DNA of 64,000 bases from positions 24,487-88,486 of the forward strand of contig DJPI01000010.1 in NCBI GenBank assembly GCA_002438505.1, in the 5' to 3' direction. Below the pieces are notes generated by a model. That model saw nothing but the letters and a program-made list of their open reading frames with translations, was not told the DNA's origin and ran no database searches. Of the stretch, positions 55,851-64,000 are shown piece by piece. Numbering within the stretch: the stretch's first letter is position 1; each line of letters begins with the position of its first letter. The position numbers and the translations under genes were made by a program. This DNA is from Ruminococcaceae bacterium UBA6416 (GTDB lineage: Bacteria; Bacillota; Clostridia; Oscillospirales; Acutalibacteraceae).

Positions 55851-55880
55851 TTGACTTTGTATGAAAAAATATAGTAAAAT
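55851..55880 (+). promoter_or_regulatory. Candidate mgtE promoter
   Basis: TTGACT, 18-nt spacer, TAAAAT. Confidence 0.4.
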
Positions 55881-55926
55881 AGCAAAAGACGCAATTTTGC
55901 AATTATTACAAAGGAGGTGGGTCTGC

Positions 55927-56001
55927 ATGGATACGGACGGTAACCCTAAAGGGCGATTATGTATTAAAAATCCAACTTCCGGCGCAGACCCGCGTTCATG
56001 A
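55927..56001 (+). CDS. Candidate 24-codon leader peptide (uORF) in the mgtE leader
   Basis: AGGAGGTG then 9 nt then ATG. Encodes MDTDGNPKGRLCIKNPTSGADPRS. The stop abuts a 9-bp hairpin arm. Confidence 0.35.
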   Translation: MDTDGNPKGRLCIKNPTSGADPRS

Positions 56002-56019
56002 CTGCGCCGGTGAAAGACG

Positions 56020-57405
56020 GTGCATATTATGGACGAACACGTTTTTGAAAACCTGCGTTCTCTTGTTGAAAAGCATCAGTATAAGGCATTAAGGGACGAG
56101 CTTGTTGACATGGCGTATCCGGACATTGCGGAGTTCATCATGAGCATTGATGAACCGCAAACCTCGGTCACCATTTTCAGAATCCTTCCGAAGGACAGCT
56201 CGGCTGACGTTTTTGCTTATCTTGATACCGACCGCCAGGCGGAAATTATTGAGCTTTTCACGGACAGAGAAATTGAACGGCTCATGGACGACCTTTTTGT
56301 TGATGACGCCGTTGACCTTCTTGAGGAGGTTCCGGCCTCCGTTGTCAAGCGTATTCTTGAAAACACGGATAAGGAAACAAGAGAAGTTATCAACCGGCTG
56401 CTCGAATACCCGGACAATTCCGCCGGAAGCGTGATGACCATTGAGATGGTTGAATTGCATGACCGGCTGACGGTCGGCGAGGCTATTAAAAATATCCGCC
56501 GGACGGGTGTTGACAAGGAGACGATTTATACCTGCTATGTTATTGACGACAAGCGCCACCTTGTTGGAACAATTCCTTTGCGGCGGCTTATTCTCAACGA
56601 TGAGGACGTCTTGCTGACGGAGATTATGTCAGATGATGAGCAGCTCATCTATGTGCGCACCCTTGATGACCAGGAAGAGGTTGCCTCCATTGCAAAAAAA
56701 TATGACCTTCTGAGTGTTCCGGTTGTTGATAAGGAAAACCGCCTTGTCGGCATCATCACGATCGATGATATCGTTGACATTATCGATGATGAGGCAACGG
56801 AGGACTTTGAAAAGATGGCGTCGTTGCGTCCGTCTGAGGACGAATATCTCAAAACCAATGTTCTCACCCTTGCAAAAAACCGTATGCCGTGGCTGCTGAT
56901 ACTTATGATTTCCTCAACATTTACCGGTCAGATAATTGAAGGGTTTGAAAATCAGCTTGCCGCAATCGCGGGACTCACGGCCTGCATTCCAATGCTCATG
57001 GGTACGGGCGGAAATTCCGGCTCCCAGGCCTCAACCCTCATTATTCGCGGTCTTGCGCTCGGTGAGATCAAAATTCGCGATTACTTCCGCGTTCTTTGGA
57101 AGGAAGTGCGCGTTTCGGTCATTTGCGGAGTGGTGCTTGCTCTTGCAAACTGGATAAGAATGCTCATTTTGAGATATGTTACCGGCGGAGACACAAGCAA
57201 CAGCGTTATTCTTGTTGTCTGCCTCTCGCTTCTTTGCGTTGTAATGGTTGCAAAAATGATGGGCTGCACTCTTCCCATTATTGCAAAGCTTTTGAAGCTT
57301 GACCCGGCGCTCATGACCGGACCTGTTATGAGCACGGTTGTTGACGCGGTTTCGCTTCTCATATACTTTGCGCTGACAACGGCGTTTATCACAAAAGGAC
57401 AGTAA
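56020..57405 (+). CDS. mgtE: Magnesium transporter MgtE
   Basis: MgtE N-domain, two CBS domains, and a TM domain with GTGGNSGSQAS and PVMSTVVDAVSLLIYF. The start is GTG 56020 or ATG 56029. Confidence 0.92.
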   Translation: MHIMDEHVFENLRSLVEKHQYKALRDELVDMAYPDIAEFIMSIDEPQTSVTIFRILPKDSSADVFAYLDTDRQAEIIELFTDREIERLMDDLFVDDAVDLLEEVPASVVKRILENTDKETREVINRLLEYPDNSAGSVMTIEMVELHDRLTVGEAIKNIRRTGVDKETIYTCYVIDDKRHLVGTIPLRRLILNDEDVLLTEIMSDDEQLIYVRTLDDQEEVASIAKKYDLLSVPVVDKENRLVGIITIDDIVDIIDDEATEDFEKMASLRPSEDEYLKTNVLTLAKNRMPWLLILMISSTFTGQIIEGFENQLAAIAGLTACIPMLMGTGGNSGSQASTLIIRGLALGEIKIRDYFRVLWKEVRVSVICGVVLALANWIRMLILRYVTGGDTSNSVILVVCLSLLCVVMVAKMMGCTLPIIAKLLKLDPALMTGPVMSTVVDAVSLLIYFALTTAFITKGQ

Positions 57406-57421
57406 AAGGAGGAATTACACT

Positions 57422-59191
57422 TTGTTCAAAAGATTCCTGTCATTCATCAAGGGTTATCGCATTCTGACGATACTCACACCTGTCATGGTTTTTCTTGATG
57501 TTGTTATTGAGCTCCAGATTCCAAAAATCATGGGCGAGCTTATAACAATGCTTTATTTAACGGAAAATCCGGACTTTGCGCATGATGTGCTCAACAAAAA
57601 GCTGCTTCAAATGCTCGGCCTTTGCGCACTGACTCTCCTTGTCGGTTACATCGCTTCAAGGTGCTCCGCAATAGCAAGCATGGGATTTTCGGCGAATATG
57701 CGCTCTGCGCTGTTCAACAAAATTCAGGACTTTTCGTTTGAAAATATCGACAAGCTCAAAATCTCCTCGCTCATCACAAGAATGACGAGCGATACCTCAA
57801 GAATCTCCAGCGTATTCAGCAGCATTATCGTAACCTTCGTCAGAGGACCGTTCCTCCTTATTCTTGCGCTTAAATATTCGCTTGAAATCAGCCGCGACCT
57901 TTCAAAAATCTTCATCTTCTGCGTTCCGGCAATCATTGTTTTGCTTGTCATTCTCGGCATTGCAGCCGTTCCGCTTTTCAGAAGGCTTTTGAAAGTTACG
58001 GATGACTTCAACTCAACGCTGCGCACAAACATCAACGGAATCCGCGTTGTCAAGTCTTTTGTCCGCGAGGATTATGAAAAGGAAAAGTTTGAAAAGGTCA
58101 ATGATGCGCTTGTTCAAACCAGCATCAGGGCGCAAAAGATTGTGCTTTACATCGCTCCGCTGCTTATGCTTGTCATATACGGCTGCATGGTTGCCGCCTT
58201 GTTCATGGGCAGTCGCATCGTTATCAGTGACACCCTCGCCGGAATCAGCGGTGGTCTTGAGGTTGGCCAGATAACAACCTTTACCTCATACATCTCTCAG
58301 GTTCTCTCCTCACTCATGACAATTCTCATGGTGTTCGTCACCATTGCAACGGCAAAGGCCTCCGTTGAAAGAATCGGCGAGGTTTTTGCTCAGGAGCCGG
58401 TCACAAACGATGAGAACGGAGACGAAAATCTCCTTGTTCGGGACGGAAGCGTTGAGTTCAAAAACGTCTCCTTCAAGTATGAGCCCGAAGCGGTTAAAAA
58501 TGTTCTTGAAAACATCAACATTAAAATCAATAGCGGAGAAACAATCGGCATCATCGGTTCAACCGGTTCGGCCAAGTCATCGCTGGTTCAGCTCATTCCG
58601 CGCCTTTATGATGCAACCGAGGGAGAGGTTCTGGTTTCCGGCCATAATGTCAAGGAATACAAATTTAAAAACCTCAGGCAGGAGGTTTCAATCGTTCCGC
58701 AGCAGAGTGTGCTTTTCTCCGGAACAATCAAGGACAATCTCCTTTGGGGTGATTTTTCCGCAACCGATGAAGAAATTATTGAAGCGGCCAAGGCGGCTCA
58801 GGCTCATGACTTTATAATGGAAAAGGAAAAGGGCTATGACACCGAGGTCGGCCAAGGCGGAGGCAATGTTTCCGGCGGCCAGAGGCAGCGCCTTTGCATT
58901 GCAAGAGCAATCCTCAGAAAGCCGAAGATTCTTATTCTTGACGATTCAACGAGCGCCGTTGACACCGCAACGGACGCAAAAATCAGAGAGGCGCTCAAAG
59001 GTGAAAAATTCAAGGAAACAACAAAAATCATCATTGCCCAGCGTATAACGTCAATCATGAACGCAGACAGAATCATCGTTCTTGAAAAGGGAAGAATCTG
59101 CGGAATGGGTACTCATGACGAGCTTGTTAAAACCAATGAAGTATATAATGAGATCTTTGTTTCTCAGCAGGAAGGAGTGCTTGCGCAATGA
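57422..59191 (+). CDS. Heterodimeric ABC exporter subunit (degenerate catalytic site: Walker B followed by Asp)
   Basis: TTG start. 6 TM segments plus NBD. Walker A GSTGSAKSS, signature VSGGQRQR, and Walker B ILILDD (Asp where the catalytic Glu is expected). Confidence 0.85.
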   Translation: MFKRFLSFIKGYRILTILTPVMVFLDVVIELQIPKIMGELITMLYLTENPDFAHDVLNKKLLQMLGLCALTLLVGYIASRCSAIASMGFSANMRSALFNKIQDFSFENIDKLKISSLITRMTSDTSRISSVFSSIIVTFVRGPFLLILALKYSLEISRDLSKIFIFCVPAIIVLLVILGIAAVPLFRRLLKVTDDFNSTLRTNINGIRVVKSFVREDYEKEKFEKVNDALVQTSIRAQKIVLYIAPLLMLVIYGCMVAALFMGSRIVISDTLAGISGGLEVGQITTFTSYISQVLSSLMTILMVFVTIATAKASVERIGEVFAQEPVTNDENGDENLLVRDGSVEFKNVSFKYEPEAVKNVLENINIKINSGETIGIIGSTGSAKSSLVQLIPRLYDATEGEVLVSGHNVKEYKFKNLRQEVSIVPQQSVLFSGTIKDNLLWGDFSATDEEIIEAAKAAQAHDFIMEKEKGYDTEVGQGGGNVSGGQRQRLCIARAILRKPKILILDDSTSAVDTATDAKIREALKGEKFKETTKIIIAQRITSIMNADRIIVLEKGRICGMGTHDELVKTNEVYNEIFVSQQEGVLAQ

Positions 59192-61302
59192 GTGAAAAAA
59201 CTCCCGCTTTCGGCGTTGAAACTGCCGAATCACCGGAAAAAGAAAACACTGCGGCCGCTCCGGAAAGCACTGAGCAAAAAAACGAGGAAGCCGCAAACGA
59301 TACTCCGGCGAGCAAAAAAGAAAAAAAGAAAAAAGCTAATAAAGAAAAGCTCGAAAAAACAAAAAAAGGCAAAAAAGACGAAAAGGACGAAAAAGAGCTC
59401 ACCGAGGAGGAAAAGAAAGAGCTTGAGGAAAAAAAGAAAAGGAAGCCGAAGAACACCAAAAAGGCTGCAAGGCGGCTTCTCGGTTATATTGCGGCGCAGA
59501 AAAGATGGCTGGTTGTTGTTGCCTTTCTTGTTGTTTTGACAACGATAATCGGTGTTCTTTCAACCCTTGCAATGCAGCCGATTTATAAAACTCTTGAGGA
59601 AGTCATCAAAACAAAGAGCATTTCCGGCTCGGACGCAATGGCGGAAATTGTTAAGTGGATTCTTGTAACGAGTGTTGCATATGCAATCTCGGCAATTTTA
59701 AGCTTCCTTTACACAAGAATTTTGCTTTCAACCTCTTTGAGGGTTGTTGCAAACCTCAGGCGTGACCTTTTCAACCATCTTCAGCATCTTCCGGTCAGCT
59801 ATTTTGACAAGCGCAAAACCGGTGAGATTATGAGCCACTTCACAAGCGATGTTTCAAACATCAGTGACCTTGTCAGCAGCGATTTTCCAAGCATAATCTC
59901 CTCAACAATTTCGGCCGTCATGACTATAACTATTATGATAATCATGAGCTGGAAAATTACGCTCACAATCACTTTTGCAATAGCGCTCATGATGTTTGTT
60001 GTCATGATAATCACCTCAAAATGCGCTCCGCTTTTCAAAAAAGCGCAGCAGGCGACCGCCGAATGCAACGGTTACGTTGAGGAATACGTCAGAGGTATCA
60101 AGGCGGTCAAAATTTTCTGCTATGAGGACAGAAGCAAAAAGCAGTTTGCGTTTTTGAATGAAACGCTGAGAAAGACGGGCGTGAAGTCGAACATTATCGG
60201 CGGCCTTATGGGTCCTCTTCTTTCGATGATAATGAGAATTAACTATGCCATTGCGCTCTCTTTCGGCGTCTGGCTTGTTCTCAATGGTCAGATGCAGCTT
60301 CCCTCGCTTATCACATATCTGAGCTATGCACAAAACTACGGTTCGCCCATTGCCTCCATTGCCGGAAGCTACAACGCTTTCATTGCTGCTCTTGCCGGTG
60401 CGGAAAGAATTTTTGAAGTTCTTGATACCGATGTTGAAACCGATGAGGGCAAGGTTACCCTTGTCAAAATCATCAAAAACCAGATGGGTGAAGAAAGCGA
60501 AAGCGATGAGGGTGCGCTTTACTGGAAAGTTCCCGATGATGAAAGCGGAAAGGTTTCCTATGTTCCCGTTCGCTGTGATATTGACATTAAGGATGTCACG
60601 TTCTCATATGTTGAGGGAACGCCCGTTCTCAAACACGTTTCAGCCCACGCAAACAGCGGTGAAAAGCTTGCCTTTGTCGGCTCGACCGGTGCGGGCAAAA
60701 CCACTATCACAAACCTCATCAACCGTTTCTATGATGTTCAGGACGGTGTGATCACCATTGACTCGATACCAATAAACAACATTAAAAAGTCCTCTCTGCG
60801 TTCGTCAATGGCATTTGTTCTTCAGGATTCCAGACTCTTCCCCGGAACAATCAAAGAGAACATCCGCTACGGAAAGCTTGACGCAACTGATGAGGAAATT
60901 GTTGCCGCGGCAAAGCTTGCGAATGCGGCATCGTTCATTGAAAAGCTTCCGGAAGGATATGACACGGAGCTTAACGCGGACGGCGTCAACATCAGTATGG
61001 GTCAGGCTCAGCTTTTGAACATTGCGCGGACCGCCATTGCCGGAAAGCCGCTTCTGGTTCTGGATGAGGCAACAAGCTCAATCGACACAAGAACCGAGCG
61101 CCTTATTGAAAAGGGCATGGATAAGCTCATGGCTGACAAGACCGTTCTTGTTATTGCGCACCGGCTTTCAACAGTCCGCAACTCCGAAAACATTATTGTT
61201 CTTGAGGGCGGAGAAATTATTGAAAGCGGCAATCATGATGAGCTTATTGCGCTTGGCAAAAAGTATTATCAGCTTTATACCGGTGCGTTTGAAATGACTT
61301 GA
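59188..61302 (+). CDS. Heterodimeric ABC exporter subunit with a ~95-aa Lys/Glu-rich N-terminal extension
   Basis: ATGA overlap with the upstream gene. Walker A GSTGAGKTT, Walker B LLVLDEATS, degenerate signature ISMGQAQ. The N-terminus is KKEKKKKANKEKLEKTKKGKKDEKDEKELTEEEKKELEEKKKRKPK. Confidence 0.85.
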   Translation: MSEKTPAFGVETAESPEKENTAAAPESTEQKNEEAANDTPASKKEKKKKANKEKLEKTKKGKKDEKDEKELTEEEKKELEEKKKRKPKNTKKAARRLLGYIAAQKRWLVVVAFLVVLTTIIGVLSTLAMQPIYKTLEEVIKTKSISGSDAMAEIVKWILVTSVAYAISAILSFLYTRILLSTSLRVVANLRRDLFNHLQHLPVSYFDKRKTGEIMSHFTSDVSNISDLVSSDFPSIISSTISAVMTITIMIIMSWKITLTITFAIALMMFVVMIITSKCAPLFKKAQQATAECNGYVEEYVRGIKAVKIFCYEDRSKKQFAFLNETLRKTGVKSNIIGGLMGPLLSMIMRINYAIALSFGVWLVLNGQMQLPSLITYLSYAQNYGSPIASIAGSYNAFIAALAGAERIFEVLDTDVETDEGKVTLVKIIKNQMGEESESDEGALYWKVPDDESGKVSYVPVRCDIDIKDVTFSYVEGTPVLKHVSAHANSGEKLAFVGSTGAGKTTITNLINRFYDVQDGVITIDSIPINNIKKSSLRSSMAFVLQDSRLFPGTIKENIRYGKLDATDEEIVAAAKLANAASFIEKLPEGYDTELNADGVNISMGQAQLLNIARTAIAGKPLLVLDEATSSIDTRTERLIEKGMDKLMADKTVLVIAHRLSTVRNSENIIVLEGGEIIESGNHDELIALGKKYYQLYTGAFEMT

Positions 61303-61330
61303 TTTTATAAGAGCATCCGTATGCATAAAG

Positions 61331-61373
61331 ACCGTCTGCTGCAGCTTTTGCGGCGGACGGTTTCGGCTTTTTT
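61331..61373 (+). terminator. Terminator after the ABC exporter operon
   Basis: accgtctgc ... gcggacggt stem, then ttcggcTTTTTT. Confidence 0.5.
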
Positions 61374-61449
61374 CAGTTCACAGCGCTTTTTGTGCGGCGT
61401 CTCTTTATCAACAATTATTTGCTTCACTGTGGAAGATGTCCTTTTTTCG

Positions 61450-61478
61450 TTGACAGCGGCCGTGTTCGGTGATAAAAT
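61450..61478 (+). promoter_or_regulatory. Sigma-A promoter
   Basis: TTGACA, 17-nt spacer, TAAAAT. Its position argues against ATG 61482 as the start codon. Confidence 0.55.
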
Positions 61479-61511
61479 TAAATGGAAATTCGATATAAGG
61501 AAAATAAAGAA

Positions 61512-62126
61512 ATGGAAAAAATCAAAAAAACTGTATTCACTAAACCGCTTTGCCTGTCCTTTTTGATTGCCGGCTTTGTGTATGGCCTTGTTCTTCCCTG
61601 GTGTTGGGGAAACAACCCTTTTGACGCGCTTGGAACTCTTAGTATACTCTGTGAGGACAGGAAATTTTTCTTTTGGATATGGGTTGTTCTTGTTGGTGGC
61701 GCATATTTTCTCAATGTGAATTACGCCTATATTAAATATAATGATAACAGTAAGTTTTTACGCGTTTTGAGCGTGTTGACATTTGTTGGCTGCTGCGCAA
61801 TAGCGCTTTCTTTGAAGCATGACGTTCAAACATGGAATCCAAAGCGCATTGTTCATTGGATTGCAACGGGTGTTTATATTGCTTGTGTTGCGCTGTCTGT
61901 TTTTATCTTTTTGATTCGGAACAGAAAAATATACAAGGGGTTTAACCTTCTCTCTGTCTTAACACTGCTCATAGTTGCGGTGATTCCGCTGTGGTTGCTG
62001 ATTTTTGGAAAAAGCGCAATGATGGAAATGCTTCCGAACGCTCTTTTTCAAATTATGCTGTTTGTAATGAATTTTGTGATGCAGCCCCGGAAATGCACTG
62101 GTAACAGCATTGCGGATAAGAATTAA
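61512..62126 (+). CDS. Polytopic membrane protein of unknown function
   Basis: About 6 hydrophobic segments and no recognised motif. I chose ATG 61512 because it lies downstream of the predicted transcription start. Confidence 0.55.
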   Translation: MEKIKKTVFTKPLCLSFLIAGFVYGLVLPWCWGNNPFDALGTLSILCEDRKFFFWIWVVLVGGAYFLNVNYAYIKYNDNSKFLRVLSVLTFVGCCAIALSLKHDVQTWNPKRIVHWIATGVYIACVALSVFIFLIRNRKIYKGFNLLSVLTLLIVAVIPLWLLIFGKSAMMEMLPNALFQIMLFVMNFVMQPRKCTGNSIADKN

Positions 62127-62185
62127 ATTTTTGACTGAATACTTGAGACTCTTAAAAACAACAAAAAAGTTTAGAGAAGTGATAT

Positions 62186-62802
62186 ATGGATGACAAGCTT
62201 GTAAAATAGGCAATGGAAATTCAAAGTCTTGCTCAGGCCGGACTGACCTATGGAAAAGATAAGTTTGACCTTGAAAGATACGAACGACTGCGCGAAATAT
62301 CCGCGGAAATGATGGCTTATAAAACCGACCTTCCGATTGAAAAAGTCAAGGAGCTTTTTTGCGGTGAAACCGGATATCAGACGCCGAAGGTTGATACCCG
62401 TGCGGCGGTTTTCAAGGAAAACAAAATTCTTCTTGTCCGCGAAAACAACGGAAAATGGTCACTTCCGGGCGGTTGGTGCGATTTTGACCAATCAGTCGGC
62501 GCAAACACCGTTAAGGAAACGCTTGAGGAGGCCGGGGCTGACGTGAAGCCGGAAAAACTCATTGCCGTTCAGGACAGAAACCTCCATAACTCACCGCCAT
62601 ATGCTTACGGAGTGATTAAAATTTTTGTTCTTTGCTCATATATCGGCGGAAGCTTTTGCAAAAACATTGAAACAACGGAAAGCCGCTTCTTTTCAAAAGA
62701 AGAACTTCCGGATAACTTTGCAAACGAAAAAACACAAAAGAGCAGGCGCTCATGTGCTTTGAAGCGAATGAAGCGGAAAACTGGAAAACAATTTTTGACT
62801 GA
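62186..62802 (+). pseudogene. NUDIX hydrolase (with Nudix_N-type N-terminal domain) disrupted by an in-frame TAG and a 1-nt deletion in an A-run
   Basis: ATG 62186 encodes MDDKLVK, then TAG at 62207 where W is expected, then AMEIQSLAQAGLTY. The Nudix box is GGWCDFDQSVGANTVKETLEEAG. After A6 at 62727..62732 the -1 frame reads KNTKEQALMCFEANEAENWKTIFD* and ends at 62802, just before the terminator. Confidence 0.65.
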
Positions 62803-62811
62803 TCAACAAAA

Positions 62812-62845
62812 AACGCCGTCCGGAGCTTTGTTTCCGGGCGGCGTT
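62812..62845. terminator. Bidirectional terminator between the NUDIX gene and hslO
   Basis: aaacgccgtccgga ... tccgggcggcgtt. Confidence 0.65.
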
Positions 62846-62852
62846 GCTATAA

Positions 62853-63731
62853 TCATTTGCTTGCTTTTTTCAAAAGCTCTTTGATATCGCTTGACGTGAA
62901 AACATACTTTTTATCGCAGAAGCGGCAGCAGACTTCTGTTTTCTCGTCCTCGGCCATGCTCATAAGCTCCTCCTTGCCTGTGCTTATGAGTGCGCTTTCA
63001 ACGCGCTGCCTTGAGCAGTTGCATTTATAAACGGGGGAGGCGGTGTCAAGAACTTCAAGCTCAAAACCGGAAAGTGCATGGCGGCAGATTTCCTCCGGAG
63101 TCATGCCCTTTTCAATGAGGGTGGTGACGGGCTCAATTCCTGCGATTGAGCGTTCAACTTTTTCAATCGTGTCCTCCATGGCGGTCGGAAGAAGCTGGAT
63201 GATGAAGCCGCCGGCGGCTTTGATTGAAAGGTCGGGATTGACAAGCACGCCGAGGGCGCAAACGGTCGGTGTCTGCTCGCTGACCGCAAAGTATGATGTG
63301 ATATCCTCGGCAATTTCTCCGCTGACAATCGGAGTCTGGCCAATGTACGGCTCCTTGAGTCCGAGGTCTTTGATAACGGTAACATAGCCGTCCGTTCCGA
63401 CCGCTCCGGCAACATCAAGCTTTCCTTTTTTATTGAGCGGAATTTCAACAACAGGGTTTTGAATGCAGCCGCGGACGTTGCCCTTTGAGTCGGAAACGGC
63501 CATCACCGTTCCGGCTTTTCCTTTTCCGTTGATTTTGAGGGTGAGCGAATCGTTTTCTCCCTTGAGTGCGCTGCCCATGAGGGAGGCTGCCGTGAGCAGT
63601 CTGCCCAGCGCGGCAGAGGTGACAGCGGAGGTTTTGTGAATTCTTTCCGCCTCGCTCACAATATCGGTTGAATTGACAGCCATGACGGTGAGCGTTCCGT
63701 CAACGGAAATGCATCTGACGAGTTTTCCCAT
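62853..63731 (-). CDS. hslO: Redox-regulated chaperone Hsp33
   Basis: 292 aa. C-terminal zinc centre CNCSRQR...CCRFCDKKY (CxC...CxxC). An Hsp33-like N-terminal domain. Confidence 0.9.
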   Translation of the reverse strand: MGKLVRCISVDGTLTVMAVNSTDIVSEAERIHKTSAVTSAALGRLLTAASLMGSALKGENDSLTLKINGKGKAGTVMAVSDSKGNVRGCIQNPVVEIPLNKKGKLDVAGAVGTDGYVTVIKDLGLKEPYIGQTPIVSGEIAEDITSYFAVSEQTPTVCALGVLVNPDLSIKAAGGFIIQLLPTAMEDTIEKVERSIAGIEPVTTLIEKGMTPEEICRHALSGFELEVLDTASPVYKCNCSRQRVESALISTGKEELMSMAEDEKTEVCCRFCDKKYVFTSSDIKELLKKASK

Positions 63732-63804
63732 TCTTTATACCCGTTTGCGGCAGGCGAGCGCCGCTCCTTTCTATAATATAGTATAATATGAATACTTAGT
63801 AATA

Positions 63805-64000
63805 TCAGACAAACTGCGTTCCGTGCTTTTTGCAGACAAAGACGGCGCGTTCGCTGTTTTCTTTTATCGGCTCTTTTGTCATATCGTCATAGATTCCGAC
63901 AACCTCAAACCGGAATTGCTCAAGCGTTTTTTTGAGAAAGTCCAACTCATATCCGCGCTCAAAAAATTCTTCGCTGTATCGGACATAGATGTCCTCTTCC
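63805..64000 (-). CDS. 3' end of a gene continuing beyond the window (possibly a methyltransferase-like C-terminus)
   Basis: The minus-strand frame is open from the window edge to TGA at 63805..63807: ...EEDIYVRYSEEFFERGYELDFLKKTLEQFRFEVVGIYDDMTKEPIKENSERAVFVCKKHGTQFV*. Confidence 0.4.
   Translation of the reverse strand, partial: EEDIYVRYSEEFFERGYELDFLKKTLEQFRFEVVGIYDDMTKEPIKENSERAVFVCKKHGTQFV

Noticed and set aside
55900-56019. A canonical M-box (ykoK) Mg2+ riboswitch upstream of mgtE.
   Set aside because: Only a short stretch resembles the M-box 5' strand, and the leader is roughly 100 nt shorter than a full M-box. The conserved 3' half, as I recall it from the B. subtilis leader, is not visible. 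I kept it as an uncharacterised leader instead.
59290-59460. A-rich low-complexity tract as a possible intergenic or mobile-element remnant.
   Set aside because: It is an uninterrupted in-frame coding sequence (Lys/Glu-rich) of the ABC exporter subunit, with translational coupling to the upstream gene.
61482-61511. ATG 61482 as the start of the membrane protein, as given by the ORF track.
   Set aside because: It lies only 4 nt after the predicted -10 box (61473..61478). It would therefore be upstream of, or at, the transcription start, with no SD. I prefer ATG 61512.
62207-62209. The in-frame TAG in the NUDIX gene might be a recoded (pyrrolysine) codon.
   Set aside because: The position corresponds to a conserved Trp (TGG to TAG is a single transition). 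No pyl genes or PYLIS-like context are seen in the window. The same gene also carries a frameshift, so a lesion or sequencing error is far more likely.

Overview
This looks like a chromosomal window from a Gram-positive anaerobe, probably Clostridia-like. That guess rests on gene content: an electron-bifurcating [FeFe]-hydrogenase operon, BspA-type LRR and Listeria-Bacteroides-repeat surface proteins, and many TTG/GTG starts. Most of the window is housekeeping. It holds the PBP1A 3' end and ruvX, an oppBCDFA peptide ABC importer, a Cys-type sulfatase with its radical-SAM maturase, and tarIJ. It also holds mreBCD-mrdA plus an orphan MinD-like ATPase, mgsA, and a T-box leader followed by hisS-aspS. 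Further genes are serCA, prs, a CDF transporter, mscS, hydC-(HATPase)-fdx-hydB-hydA, mgtE, a heterodimeric ABC exporter and hslO. By eye I found no rRNA, tRNA, CRISPR array, transposase, integrase or obvious defence genes. The unusual content is small or repetitive. (1) Two paralogous micro-ORFs of 30 and 41 aa each have their own consensus promoter, SD and terminator (14.4-15.0 kb) and are invisible to the 60-aa ORF track. (2) A 42-aa signal-peptide-bearing micro-ORF lies at 10.9 kb. (3) Two large secreted proteins (16664.. and 37878..) carry tandem C-x9-10-C-x2-C-x13-17-H modules and share a distinctive Cys/His plus aromatic-helix C-terminal tail. The core of that tail (Phi-W-[KR]-x-Phi-Phi) also occurs in the micro-ORFs. 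(4) An mgtE leader has a well-initiated 24-codon uORF and mutually exclusive helices instead of a canonical M-box. (5) Signs of gene decay include a NUDIX gene with an in-frame TAG plus an A-run frameshift, and two MerR remnants. All functional calls come from reading motifs in the translations. No database search was possible.
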